NCBI GenBank assembly: GCA_964591105.1
Contig: CAZPZR010000001.1
Coordinates: 4,903 to 68,902 of the forward strand
Direction: 5' to 3'
DNA: 64,000 nt
Source of the DNA: an uncultured Lachnospiraceae bacterium
GTDB lineage: Bacteria; Bacillota; Clostridia; Lachnospirales; Lachnospiraceae
How positions within the stretch are numbered: position 1 is the first letter of the stretch; each line of letters begins with the position of its first letter. This document shows positions 56,101 through 64,000 of the stretch, piece after piece. The notes under the pieces are model-generated. The model ran no database searches, had not been told where the DNA came from, and was given only the letters and a program-made list of their open reading frames with translations. The translations under genes and the position numbers were made by a program.

Positions 56101-56346
56101 ATTGTACAATCATCTGTAGGTGGCATTAAGCTGGAAACAATGTTTGTAGACGAAGGATTTGGAAGCTTGGATGACGCATCCAGAGAACAGGCAATCCGCG
56201 TACTTGTGGAGCTTGCTGGAAATGACAGACTGGTGGGAATCATTTCCCATGTAAATGAATTAAAAGAACAGATTGACACCAAATTGATTGTTACAAAGAC
56301 TGAAACAGGAAGTATGGTGAAATTAGTAGGAGACGCAGCAAATTGA
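53182..56346 (+). CDS. sbcC: Exonuclease SbcCD, ATPase subunit C
   Basis: Walker A GDTGAGKTT, a long coiled coil with the zinc hook CPVCGS, and a C-terminal LSGGESF / VDEGFGSLD. Confidence 0.9.
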   Translation: MRPIKLRMSAFGSYAGKTEIDFSSMNRGLFLITGDTGAGKTTIFDAMMYALYGQTSGGKRDGNMMRSQYASEDVETYVELAFSYREKCYRVRRNPEYQRLGKRKYADGSPRYVKESPKVELELPDGTIFQGKKKETDQKLVEILGMDAEQFTQIAMIAQGDFLKLLHAESKERKKIFSKIFHTNYYYQVQEILKKQAAELAVNLQDNLKDLKREMERVDYDGPLPVWEEWKELLQAEIPQQEASMQCVNQIVEETKLRLRQMGQQEEEQQKKLSEQKQEIQEILRVNQQFEQLEQIKCEIEKLKEQEPEYRRKEQQIREWKVVEQLTPYFHNYKQAQLEQARSKEREEQLTVQLQTLEVQTKKVQRTCEAAEVYLKQHENVWMQEIIKIAEMLPRYTQLERLRTQKIQQETELEAGRVSLEKIQSQLKELEKKQKMLEKVCADKQESEGECVKAEVRYAQAQERKQQLTEMEETLQSAKTQELQYRKRQKELEQATKAYRDAAWKYEETYEAFLDAQAGILAKDLKAGMPCPVCGSTSHPKKMQLQEDAPGEAEVRRKKSVRDEQEKLREEKADEFRRCGNRYESVKSVLLRQFLEAAGHEETALEKIEEQLVKLKDVTKQEEQEAAALVQHLKAEVKLYQESLEQQKEFKDMHQQLTVSLEQEKENCHKQELALEAVKTEYQQSLEQVEYDSEQTALAEKQARELQLTQAKDSVETARKTMQQHIEQKQMLTGKLEAERVNGENLEQKEKEARAEFLTQLHVRELTEEQFHEKKEDQWKLETYEEALELYQKQCQEWKWKYKAIQEQCEGKERVDVTSFEEAYAALEKIVKEHKETQMQLYSMHQKNELAKAQMEQIFQQNAKVQKKYEMISNLSRTANGTLTGSVKLDFETYVQRYYFKQIIQAANKRLVQMTSNEFILQCRDVKHLGNQGQAGLDLDVYHLVSDTVRDVKTLSGGESFMASLSMALGLADIVQSSVGGIKLETMFVDEGFGSLDDASREQAIRVLVELAGNDRLVGIISHVNELKEQIDTKLIVTKTETGSMVKLVGDAAN

Positions 56347-56365
56347 TACTGCGTCTCCCTTTTTA
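56329..56365. terminator. Bidirectional terminator between sbcC and the DUF1846 gene
   Basis: Stem ggagacgcag (56329-56338) pairs with ctgcgtctcc (56349-56358), followed by cttttt. Confidence 0.65.
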
Positions 56366-56368
56366 AGA

Positions 56369-57835
56369 TTAACATCTTTCATTCTTTGGTTCAAATGTTG
56401 CCTGAATAGACATCTTTTTAAACTGCTTCATGTCTACGGAACCTACCATAACAGAAGTATGAGCCTGACAACCTTTCAATTTTGGAAGCTGCTCTAATGC
56501 AAGCTGGGCAACAGGATCTGTTGCAGCACTGACAGAAAGGGCAATCAGAACTTCGTCAGTGTGAAGACGAGGGTTCTTACTTCCAAGATACTGTGTCTTT
56601 AATTTCTGAATTGGTTCAATAGCTGCTGGAGAAATCACATGACGTTCATGTTCAATTCCGGCAAGTTCTTTTAATGCGTTCAAAAGAAGAGAAGCAGAAG
56701 CTCCAAGAAGCTTGGATGTCTTTCCTTTGATCATGCGGCCATCGTGTAATAAAAGTGCAGCAGCTGGGCCATCTGTTTCCTGTTCGTATTCTAATGCTGC
56801 ATCAACAACGGAACGATCATGAACGGTAATATCTGCCTGATTCATCAGCATCTCTAACTTATAAACTTCTTCGTCTCGGCAGGAACCTTCCATGTGACGG
56901 CGAAGAGCATCATAGTATCTGCGAATGATTTCCTGATTGGAAGCTTCTCTACACACTTCATCATCGCAAATACAATTTCCAGCCATGTTTACCCCCATAT
57001 CTGTTGGTGATTTGTATGGGCACTCACCCTGAATCTTCTGAAACATTGCTTTTAATACAGGGAAAATCTCAACGTCACGGTTGTAGTTGACAGTTGTTTC
57101 ACCGTAAGCTTCCAGATGGAATGGGTCAATCATGTTGACATCGTTCAGGTCAGCAGTAGCAGCTTCATATGCAAGGTTCACTGGATGTTTCAATGGAATG
57201 TTCCAGATTGGGAATGTCTCAAACTTCGCATATCCGGCACAAATGCCACGCTTGTGCTCATGATATAACTGGGAGAGGCATACAGCCATCTTCCCGCTTC
57301 CAGGACCAGGTGCTGTGATGACAACCAATGGTCTGCTTGTTTCGATATATTCGTTCTTGCCATAACCTTCCTCACTTACAATATGAGGAATGTTTGATGG
57401 GTATCCAGAGATTGGATAGTGCTGATAAACTTTCACGCCAAGATTTTCAAGCTTCTGTTTGAAAAGAATTGCACTTTCCTGGCCATTGAACTTTGTAATG
57501 CAGACGCTGCCAACGTAGAGTCCATGTTCTTTGAATACAGACATCAGTCGGAGTACGTCCAAATCATAAGTAATACCAAGGTCACCGCGAATCTTATTCT
57601 TTTCAATATCATCGGCACTGATTACAATAACAACTTCGGCCTGATCTGACAGCTGCATCAGCATTCTCATCTTACTGTCTGGCTGAAAACCAGGAAGAAC
57701 ACGTGATGCATGATAGTCATCAAATAACTTTCCGCCAAATTCTAGATAAAGCTTATTATCGAACTGGCTGATACGCTCTTTGATATGTGAAGATTGCATC
57801 TGCAAGTACTTTTCGTTGTCAAATCCTATTTTCAT
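56369..57835 (-). CDS. DUF1846 (UPF0371) family protein
   Basis: The 488-aa N-terminus MKIGFDNEKYLQMQSSHIKERI...YLEFGGKLFDDYHASRVLPGF is characteristic of the family. Confidence 0.8.
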   Translation of the reverse strand: MKIGFDNEKYLQMQSSHIKERISQFDNKLYLEFGGKLFDDYHASRVLPGFQPDSKMRMLMQLSDQAEVVIVISADDIEKNKIRGDLGITYDLDVLRLMSVFKEHGLYVGSVCITKFNGQESAILFKQKLENLGVKVYQHYPISGYPSNIPHIVSEEGYGKNEYIETSRPLVVITAPGPGSGKMAVCLSQLYHEHKRGICAGYAKFETFPIWNIPLKHPVNLAYEAATADLNDVNMIDPFHLEAYGETTVNYNRDVEIFPVLKAMFQKIQGECPYKSPTDMGVNMAGNCICDDEVCREASNQEIIRRYYDALRRHMEGSCRDEEVYKLEMLMNQADITVHDRSVVDAALEYEQETDGPAAALLLHDGRMIKGKTSKLLGASASLLLNALKELAGIEHERHVISPAAIEPIQKLKTQYLGSKNPRLHTDEVLIALSVSAATDPVAQLALEQLPKLKGCQAHTSVMVGSVDMKQFKKMSIQATFEPKNERC

Positions 57836-57946
57836 GTTCGTTCCCCTTTTCTATAAAAAATATATTTTTAGTTTCAGTATGGAATAATCCAATCCTTAGT
57901 ATACTACAAGATATAGGAAGTTTACAATCTTTTCATAATCTTTTTA

Positions 57947-57975
57947 TTGATTTCTAAGGTTGCTGTTCGTATAAT
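57947..57975 (+). promoter_or_regulatory. Sigma-70 promoter upstream of ftsH
   Basis: -35 ttgatt (57947-57952), 17-nt spacer, -10 tataat (57970-57975). Confidence 0.5.
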
Positions 57976-58043
57976 GTAAGAATAGTAGTGATACGCAAAA
58001 ACGTTGATTTTTCGCGTCTCAATGCTGATACAGGAGGAGAAAA

Positions 58044-60020
58044 ATGGAAAACCAGAATAAGAATAATCAGGGTCCTGGGAAGAATAATCAAAATAAACGA
58101 CCAGGATTTTCTTTTGTAATTTTGATTACGCTGCTCACAACAATCTTAGTATTTGCATTATCTGAATTTGGTGGTGTAAGCACGAAGGAAGAGATTAGCT
58201 ATAATGAGTTCCTCAAGATGGTGGACAGCAACAAAGTCGAGGAAGTCGAGATTCAGAATGACAAGCTTGTGATCACGGAAAAGAAAGCGAAGAATGAACT
58301 GACAGCGAAGCAGTATGAGACAGGACTTGTAGATGATGAAGGACTTTCTGATCGCTTGTATAAGGCGGGCGTGAAGTATGGACACAAGATTCCAGATACA
58401 ACAGGAGCAATTGTGTTGAATTTACTTAGTACATTCCTTCCAATTGTATTGATGGTTGGATTACTAGTATGGATGACAAGTAAGATGTCCAAAGGCGGCG
58501 GCATCATGGGTGTTGGTAAAAGTAATGCCAAGATGTACGTTGAGAAGCAGACAGGAATTACTTTCAAGGATGTAGCTGGACAGGATGAAGCGAAGGAGTC
58601 ATTACAGGAAGTGGTAGATTTCCTTCACAATCCTGGGAAATATACGAGTGTTGGTGCAAAACTTCCAAAGGGAGCTCTTTTAGTAGGACCTCCGGGAACA
58701 GGTAAGACCTTGCTTGCAAAGGCGGTTGCAGGAGAAGCGAATGTTCCATTCTTTTCACTTTCCGGTTCTGCATTCGTAGAGATGTATGTAGGTGTTGGAG
58801 CTTCTCGTGTGCGAGATCTTTTTAAGACAGCACAGCAGATGGCACCATGTATCATTTTCATCGATGAGATTGATGCAATTGGAAAGAGCCGTGAAAGTCA
58901 GTTGGGCGGCAATGATGAGAGAGAACAGACATTGAACCAGTTGTTGGCAGAGATGGATGGATTTGAAAGCAATAAGGGGCTTGTACTCCTTGCTGCAACG
59001 AATAGACCTGAGATTCTGGATCCGGCATTGTTAAGACCAGGACGTTTCGACCGTCGAGTAATTGTAGAGAAACCAGATTTGAAAGGTCGTGTAGATGTTC
59101 TGAAAGTACATTCAAAAGATGTACGTATGGATGAAACTGTGAATCTGGAAGAGATTGCACTTGCAACTTCTGGAGCAGTTGGTGCTGACCTTGCGAATAT
59201 GATCAATGAAGCTGCGATTACAGCTGTTAAGCATGGAAGAAATGCAGTTTCACAGGAAGATTTGTTTGAAGCAGTGGAAGTAGTTCTTGTCGGAAAAGAA
59301 AAGAAAGACCGCATCATGAGTATGGAAGAGCGAAAAATCGTTTCTTACCACGAAGTTGGGCATGCACTTGTCAGTGCGCTTCAGAAGGATGCGGAACCAG
59401 TTCAGAAGATTACAATCGTGCCAAGAACGATGGGAGCTTTGGGATATGTTATGCAGACACCAGAGAAAGAAAAGTTCTTGAATACGAAGAAAGAATTAGA
59501 AGCAATGTTGGTGGGTATGCTCGCCGGAAGAGCAGCAGAGGAAGTTGTGTTCAACACTGTTACAACAGGTGCTTCGAATGATATCGAGAAAGCAACGAGC
59601 ATTGCGAGAGCAATGATTACACAGTACGGTATGAGTGAAAAGTTCGGATTGATTGGTTTGGAGTCTGTGCAGAACAGATATCTGGATGGAAGACCAGTAT
59701 CCAACTGTGGAGAAGAAACAGCGTCTGAGGTTGATAAAGAAGTTATGAAGATGCTGAAAGAAGCATACGAAGAAGCAAAACGACTTCTGACAGAACATAG
59801 AAGTTCTTTGGATCAGATTGCAGAATTCCTGATTGAGAAAGAAACAATCACTGGAAAAGAATTTATGAAGATTTTCCGTGAAGTGGAAGGAATTGATTCT
59901 GAGGAAGTAAAACCGGAAGAACGTATTTACATCAATCCAGTTCAAAAACCAGAAGTAGAGGTTGAAGCTGAAGCTGAACCAGAAATGAAAGCTGAAGTGG
60001 AAGACGCATCAGAAGAATAA
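58044..60020 (+). CDS. ftsH: ATP-dependent zinc metalloprotease FtsH
   Basis: Two TM helices, an AAA+ module ([16 protein letters not shown]) and the zinc motif HEVGHA. Confidence 0.95.
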   Translation: MENQNKNNQGPGKNNQNKRPGFSFVILITLLTTILVFALSEFGGVSTKEEISYNEFLKMVDSNKVEEVEIQNDKLVITEKKAKNELTAKQYETGLVDDEGLSDRLYKAGVKYGHKIPDTTGAIVLNLLSTFLPIVLMVGLLVWMTSKMSKGGGIMGVGKSNAKMYVEKQTGITFKDVAGQDEAKESLQEVVDFLHNPGKYTSVGAKLPKGALLVGPPGTGKTLLAKAVAGEANVPFFSLSGSAFVEMYVGVGASRVRDLFKTAQQMAPCIIFIDEIDAIGKSRESQLGGNDEREQTLNQLLAEMDGFESNKGLVLLAATNRPEILDPALLRPGRFDRRVIVEKPDLKGRVDVLKVHSKDVRMDETVNLEEIALATSGAVGADLANMINEAAITAVKHGRNAVSQEDLFEAVEVVLVGKEKKDRIMSMEERKIVSYHEVGHALVSALQKDAEPVQKITIVPRTMGALGYVMQTPEKEKFLNTKKELEAMLVGMLAGRAAEEVVFNTVTTGASNDIEKATSIARAMITQYGMSEKFGLIGLESVQNRYLDGRPVSNCGEETASEVDKEVMKMLKEAYEEAKRLLTEHRSSLDQIAEFLIEKETITGKEFMKIFREVEGIDSEEVKPEERIYINPVQKPEVEVEAEAEPEMKAEVEDASEE

Positions 60021-60030
60021 TTATAATGAG

Positions 60031-60068
60031 AGAGCCAAGGACAGGAATCTGTATTGGCTCTTTTTTTG
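60031..60068 (+). terminator. Rho-independent terminator
   Basis: Stem agagccaa (60031-60038) pairs with ttggctct (60054-60061), followed by tttttt. Confidence 0.65.
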
Positions 60069-60120
60069 CGGAAACCTTTGCTATAATCACGAGCAGAGGT
60101 TACAATAAGTAGAGAAGAAA

Positions 60121-61977
60121 ATGGAGAGGAAGAATCCAATGTTTGATATACAAGAAGAGTTAAAGAAATTACCTGGAAAACCAGGAGTCTATATTATGCA
60201 TGGGGAAAAAGATGAGATTATCTATGTTGGAAAGGCAATTAGTCTGAAAAACAGAGTTCGTCAATATTTTCAAAGCAGCAGAAATAAAGGCGTGAAAATT
60301 GAACAGATGGTGACGCATATTACCAGATTCGAATATATCATTACAGATTCCGAACTGGAGGCTTTGGTGTTGGAATGCAACTTAATCAAAGAGCATCGAC
60401 CAAAGTATAATACGATGCTTATGGATGACAAAGCATATCCATTTATTAAAGTGACTGTCGATGAACCATTTCCAAGAATCATGATGGCGAGACAGATGGC
60501 AAAGGATAAGGCAAAGTATTTTGGACCGTATACTAGTGTGAATGCGGTGAAAGATACGATTGATTTGATTCGAAAATTGTATCACCTTCGCAGTTGTCAT
60601 CGAAAACTTCCAAAAGATATTGGAAAAGAAAGACCTTGTCTGAACTATCACATTCACCAATGCAAGGCTCCATGTCAGGGATATATTTCACAGGAAGAAT
60701 ATCGGAAATCTGTAGACCAGGTACTCAAGTTCTTAAATGGAGATTACGATGCGATTCTAAAGGAGTTGCAGGAGAAGATGCAGCAGGCATCAGATCAATT
60801 GGAATTTGAAAAGGCTGTGGAATATCGAGAATTATTATTCAGTGTACAAAAGATTGCTCAAAAGCAAAAAATTACAGATACAGATGGGGAAGACCGAGAT
60901 ATCCTTGCAGTTGCAAAAGACATGGAAGATGCGGTTGTACAAGTATTCTTTATCCGTGGGGGACGACTCATCGGGCGAGACCATTTTTACCTGAAACATG
61001 TGGAAGGGGAAACAAAAGCAGAGATTCTCTCAAGCTTTATTAAGCAGTTCTACGCGGGCACGCCATACATTCCATCACTGCTGATGATACAGGAAGAAGT
61101 GGAAGATTTAGAGTTATTGGAAGAGTGGCTGACGAAGAAGCGTGGACACAGAGTTTACATTCGTATTCCAAAAAAAGGAAGCAAAGAGAAATTAGTTGAA
61201 CTGGCGAGAAAGAATGCGGCGTTAGTCTTGAATACGGATAAAGAGCGTTTGAAACGCGAGGAAGGACGAACTATAGGAGCAGTCAAAGAACTGGAACAAT
61301 TGCTGGGACTGACAGGACTTGTGCGAATGGAAGCTTACGATATTTCCAACACCAGCGGATTTGCGTCAGTAGGATCTATGATCGTATACGAGAAAGGGAA
61401 ACCGAAGAAAAACGATTATCGAAAGTTTAAAATCAAAGGTGTACAGGGAGCAGATGACTACGCGAGCATGGATGAGGTGTTGACGCGGCGATTTGAGCAT
61501 GGACTGCGAGAGCAGGAAGAAGGAAAAGAGCTGGGTGGCTTTACCGCATTTCCAGACTTGATTCTCATGGACGGTGGAAAAGGACAGGTAAATGTTGCTC
61601 AGGAAGTTCTGGACCGTCTGCATATCAATATTCCAGTGTGCGGGATGGTAAAAGATGACCACCATCGTACAAGAGGATTATATTATCAGAATGAGGAAAT
61701 ACCGATTGACAGACATTCGGAAGCATTCCGTCTGATTACACGAATTCAGGATGAAGCCCATCGTTTCGCGATTACATTCCACAGACAATTGCGAGGTCAG
61801 AGCCAGGTACATTCCATTTTGGATGATATTCCAGAAATTGGACCGACGCGTAGAAAAACGTTAATGAAGCATTTTGATAATATCGAAGCGATTAAAAATG
61901 CATCAGTTGACGAACTGAAAGATTTGCCATCGATGAATGAAAAATCTGCACAAAATGTATACGACTTCTTTCATTAA
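60121..61977 (+). CDS. uvrC: Excinuclease ABC subunit C
   Basis: GIY-YIG motif (PGVYIM...IIYVGKA), a UVR domain, an endonuclease V-like domain and a C-terminal HhH. The start could instead be the Met at 60139. Confidence 0.95.
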   Translation: MERKNPMFDIQEELKKLPGKPGVYIMHGEKDEIIYVGKAISLKNRVRQYFQSSRNKGVKIEQMVTHITRFEYIITDSELEALVLECNLIKEHRPKYNTMLMDDKAYPFIKVTVDEPFPRIMMARQMAKDKAKYFGPYTSVNAVKDTIDLIRKLYHLRSCHRKLPKDIGKERPCLNYHIHQCKAPCQGYISQEEYRKSVDQVLKFLNGDYDAILKELQEKMQQASDQLEFEKAVEYRELLFSVQKIAQKQKITDTDGEDRDILAVAKDMEDAVVQVFFIRGGRLIGRDHFYLKHVEGETKAEILSSFIKQFYAGTPYIPSLLMIQEEVEDLELLEEWLTKKRGHRVYIRIPKKGSKEKLVELARKNAALVLNTDKERLKREEGRTIGAVKELEQLLGLTGLVRMEAYDISNTSGFASVGSMIVYEKGKPKKNDYRKFKIKGVQGADDYASMDEVLTRRFEHGLREQEEGKELGGFTAFPDLILMDGGKGQVNVAQEVLDRLHINIPVCGMVKDDHHRTRGLYYQNEEIPIDRHSEAFRLITRIQDEAHRFAITFHRQLRGQSQVHSILDDIPEIGPTRRKTLMKHFDNIEAIKNASVDELKDLPSMNEKSAQNVYDFFH

Positions 61978-62021
61978 TGTGCTATACTAAAGTTTAGGAA
62001 AAGAGACAAAAGGAGACAATC

Positions 62022-62948
62022 ATGGTAAACAAAATTAAATTGACAGATCTTGTTGAAAAATTGAATTTGCAGAATTTAACTCCAGAAGTGGATATGTCAG
62101 AGATTTATGTAACAGTACCGGAAATCAACCGACCAGCACTGCAGCTGACAGGATTTTTTGATCACTTTGCATCAAAGAGAATTCAGATTATCGGATATGT
62201 AGAGTATACATTTTTGGAAAAGATGGATCCAGAAGAGAAGAATAAGATTTACGATACATTTGTATCTTATCAGATGCCAGGAATTATTTTCTGCCGTAAC
62301 CTTCAGCCAGATGATTCATTGGTGGAAAAAGCCAGAAAAGCAAATATTCCAGTATTTGTAACAGAGAAACAGACTTCTCAATTCTCCGCAGAAATCATTC
62401 GCTGGATGGGACTGGAACTTGCACCATGTATCTCTATTCATGGGGTATTAGTGGACGTATATGGTATCGGAGTTCTGATCATGGGTGAAAGCGGCATTGG
62501 TAAGAGCGAGGCGGCATTGGAGCTGATTAAGCGCGGCCATCGATTAGTAAGTGATGATGTTGTAGAGATTCGCAAGATTAATGATGATACGTTGGTAGGA
62601 AAAGCGCCTGGAATCACACGCCATTTCATCGAACTGCGCGGAATTGGAATTGTAGACGTTAAGATGTTATTCGGTGTACAAAGCGTCAAAGAACAGAAAA
62701 ATATCGACCTTGTAATCACATTAGAAGATTGGGACAAAGAAAAAGAATATGAACGTCTTGGTTTGGAAGAAAAGCATACAGAGTTTTTAGGAAATAAAGT
62801 GGTATGCCATAATCTGCCAATTCGTCCGGGAAGAAATCTTGCGTTGATTGTAGAAACTGCAGCTATCAATCATAGACAGAAATTACTTGGATATAATGCG
62901 GCAGAAGAATTATATAAAAGAATGCAGGAAAATATGGCGAGAAAGTAG
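62022..62948 (+). CDS. hprK: HPr kinase/phosphorylase
   Basis: P-loop GESGIGKSE and signature IELRGIGIVDV. Confidence 0.95.
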   Translation: MVNKIKLTDLVEKLNLQNLTPEVDMSEIYVTVPEINRPALQLTGFFDHFASKRIQIIGYVEYTFLEKMDPEEKNKIYDTFVSYQMPGIIFCRNLQPDDSLVEKARKANIPVFVTEKQTSQFSAEIIRWMGLELAPCISIHGVLVDVYGIGVLIMGESGIGKSEAALELIKRGHRLVSDDVVEIRKINDDTLVGKAPGITRHFIELRGIGIVDVKMLFGVQSVKEQKNIDLVITLEDWDKEKEYERLGLEEKHTEFLGNKVVCHNLPIRPGRNLALIVETAAINHRQKLLGYNAAEELYKRMQENMARK

Positions 62949-62959
62949 AGGAAATACAG

Positions 62960-63895
62960 ATGAAATATTGTTTTGGCGTTGACATTGGCGGAACGACGGT
63001 GAAGATGGGAATCTTTGAACTGGAAGGGAAGATCCTTGATAAGTGGGAAATTCCTACAAGAACGGAAAATAAGGGCGAGAATATTCTTCCAGATATTGCG
63101 AAAGCAATTGAAGAAAAGATTCAGAGCATGAATTTGAAACGCGAGGACATCCAGGGAATTGGAATGGGAGTTCCAGCTCCTGTAACAGAAGACGGAGTTG
63201 TGCAGAACACAGCAAATCTTGGATGGGGTTATAAAGAAGTAACAAGAGAGATGCAGGAATTGACAGGATTTCCAGCAAAAGCAGGGAATGATGCAAATGT
63301 GGCAGCACTTGGAGAAATGTGGCTTGGTGCCGGAAAAGGACATGAGAATGTAGTCATGGTGACACTCGGAACAGGTGTTGGCGGTGGAATCATCCTTGGT
63401 GGTAAGATTTTGACAGGGCAGAATGGAGCTGGTGGTGAAATCGGACATATCTGTGTGAACTACGAAGAGACAGAAAGCTGTGGCTGTGGAAAACAAGGAT
63501 GTCTGGAACAATATGCATCTGCAACAGGAATTACAAGACTTGCGAAAAGACGACTTGCAAAAAATGAAGATGCTTCGCTGTTAAGAACACAGGAGATCAG
63601 TTCAAAGACTGTATTTGATGCATTGAAAGAAGGAGATGCAGTAGCAGAAGAAATCGTAGAAGAATTCGGAGCATATTTGGGACATGCAATGGCAAATGTG
63701 GCAGTGATTGTTGATCCGGCTGTAATTGTCATTGGTGGAGGAGTTTCCAAAGCAGGAGAGATTCTTCTTGGCTATGTAGAGAAGAACTTCCAGGAAAAAG
63801 CATTCTTTGCAGATAAGGATACGAAGTTTGTGTTGGCACAGCTTGGAAATGATGCTGGAATCTGTGGAGCAGCAAAACTGATTATTGATAATTAG
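62960..63895 (+). CDS. glcK: ROK family glucokinase
   Basis: N-terminal GVDIGGTTVK, DANVAALGE, and the ROK zinc motif CGCGKQGCLE. Confidence 0.85.
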   Translation: MKYCFGVDIGGTTVKMGIFELEGKILDKWEIPTRTENKGENILPDIAKAIEEKIQSMNLKREDIQGIGMGVPAPVTEDGVVQNTANLGWGYKEVTREMQELTGFPAKAGNDANVAALGEMWLGAGKGHENVVMVTLGTGVGGGIILGGKILTGQNGAGGEIGHICVNYEETESCGCGKQGCLEQYASATGITRLAKRRLAKNEDASLLRTQEISSKTVFDALKEGDAVAEEIVEEFGAYLGHAMANVAVIVDPAVIVIGGGVSKAGEILLGYVEKNFQEKAFFADKDTKFVLAQLGNDAGICGAAKLIIDN

Positions 63896-63909
63896 GATAG
63901 AACAAATAG

Positions 63910-63956
63910 AAAGCGCGTTACGCTTGCATCTTGAATGCTTACGTAACGCGCTTTTT
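63910..63956 (+). terminator. Rho-independent terminator
   Basis: 13-bp stem aaagcgcgttacg (63910-63922) pairs with cgtaacgcgcttt (63942-63954), followed by tt. Confidence 0.75.
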
Positions 63957-64000
63957 GCGTTGCTATTAAATCCTTAAGAATTAGGTAGTTCCATCAGTAT

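Noticed and set aside
5147-63511. Many other long antisense or overlapping ORFs in the track, for example 5147-5545, 9028-9609, 9875-10399, 13653-14183, 24667-25218, 29913-30371, 53779-54174, 58898-59317, 62438-62869 and 62870-63511.
   Set aside because: Each lies entirely inside a well-supported CDS on the opposite strand or in another frame. They have skewed, low-complexity composition and no RBS.

Overview
The window looks like a chromosomal segment from a low-GC Gram-positive anaerobe. The gene families look Clostridia/Lachnospiraceae-like, but that is inference only. Gene order, left to right:

- **6-7565:** a YerC/TrpR-like protein, a DUF1836 protein, a KdpD-C-terminal-like histidine kinase with a KdpE-like response regulator, and a MarR regulator with a heterodimeric ABC exporter.
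- **7749-18069:** a selenium-dependent molybdenum hydroxylase cluster. It holds the FAD, 2Fe-2S and Mo subunits of a xanthine-dehydrogenase-family enzyme, then yqeC, yqeB-mocA, xdhC, MOSC-mogA and modABC.
- **18123-26212:** an 8-kb four-carbon acid-sugar (threonate/erythronate-type) catabolic module with GntR and DeoR regulators.
- **26224-30588:** more Moco genes (moaC, gene debris, a moeA-like gene, moaA) and a purine permease.
- **31237-38113:** an ABC-F / esterase / HxxxD-acyltransferase operon, a CarD-like regulator and an acyl-CoA ligase.
- **38735-50099:** an 11.4-kb integrative element.
- **50697-63895:** housekeeping genes: a xanthine/uracil permease, sbcDC, a DUF1846 protein, ftsH, uvrC, hprK and a ROK glucokinase.

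No rRNA, tRNA or CRISPR array was found.

**Main observations**
1. The 11.4-kb element carries a large serine recombinase and splits an NMT1-like lipoprotein gene. The gene can be rejoined in frame, and both att sites can be reconstructed from the sequence.
2. Inside the element, two different cargo cassettes are bracketed by the same pair of ~270-bp repeats. A 66-aa ORF coupled to the recombinase is nucleotide-identical in both copies.
3. The histidine-kinase gene contains a perfect in-frame 360-bp tandem duplication that doubles two TM helices and the phospho-acceptor domain.

I found nothing I could defend as a wholly new multi-gene system such as a defence system. All coordinates, mismatch counts and symmetry counts were made by eye from the printed sequence and need computational confirmation.
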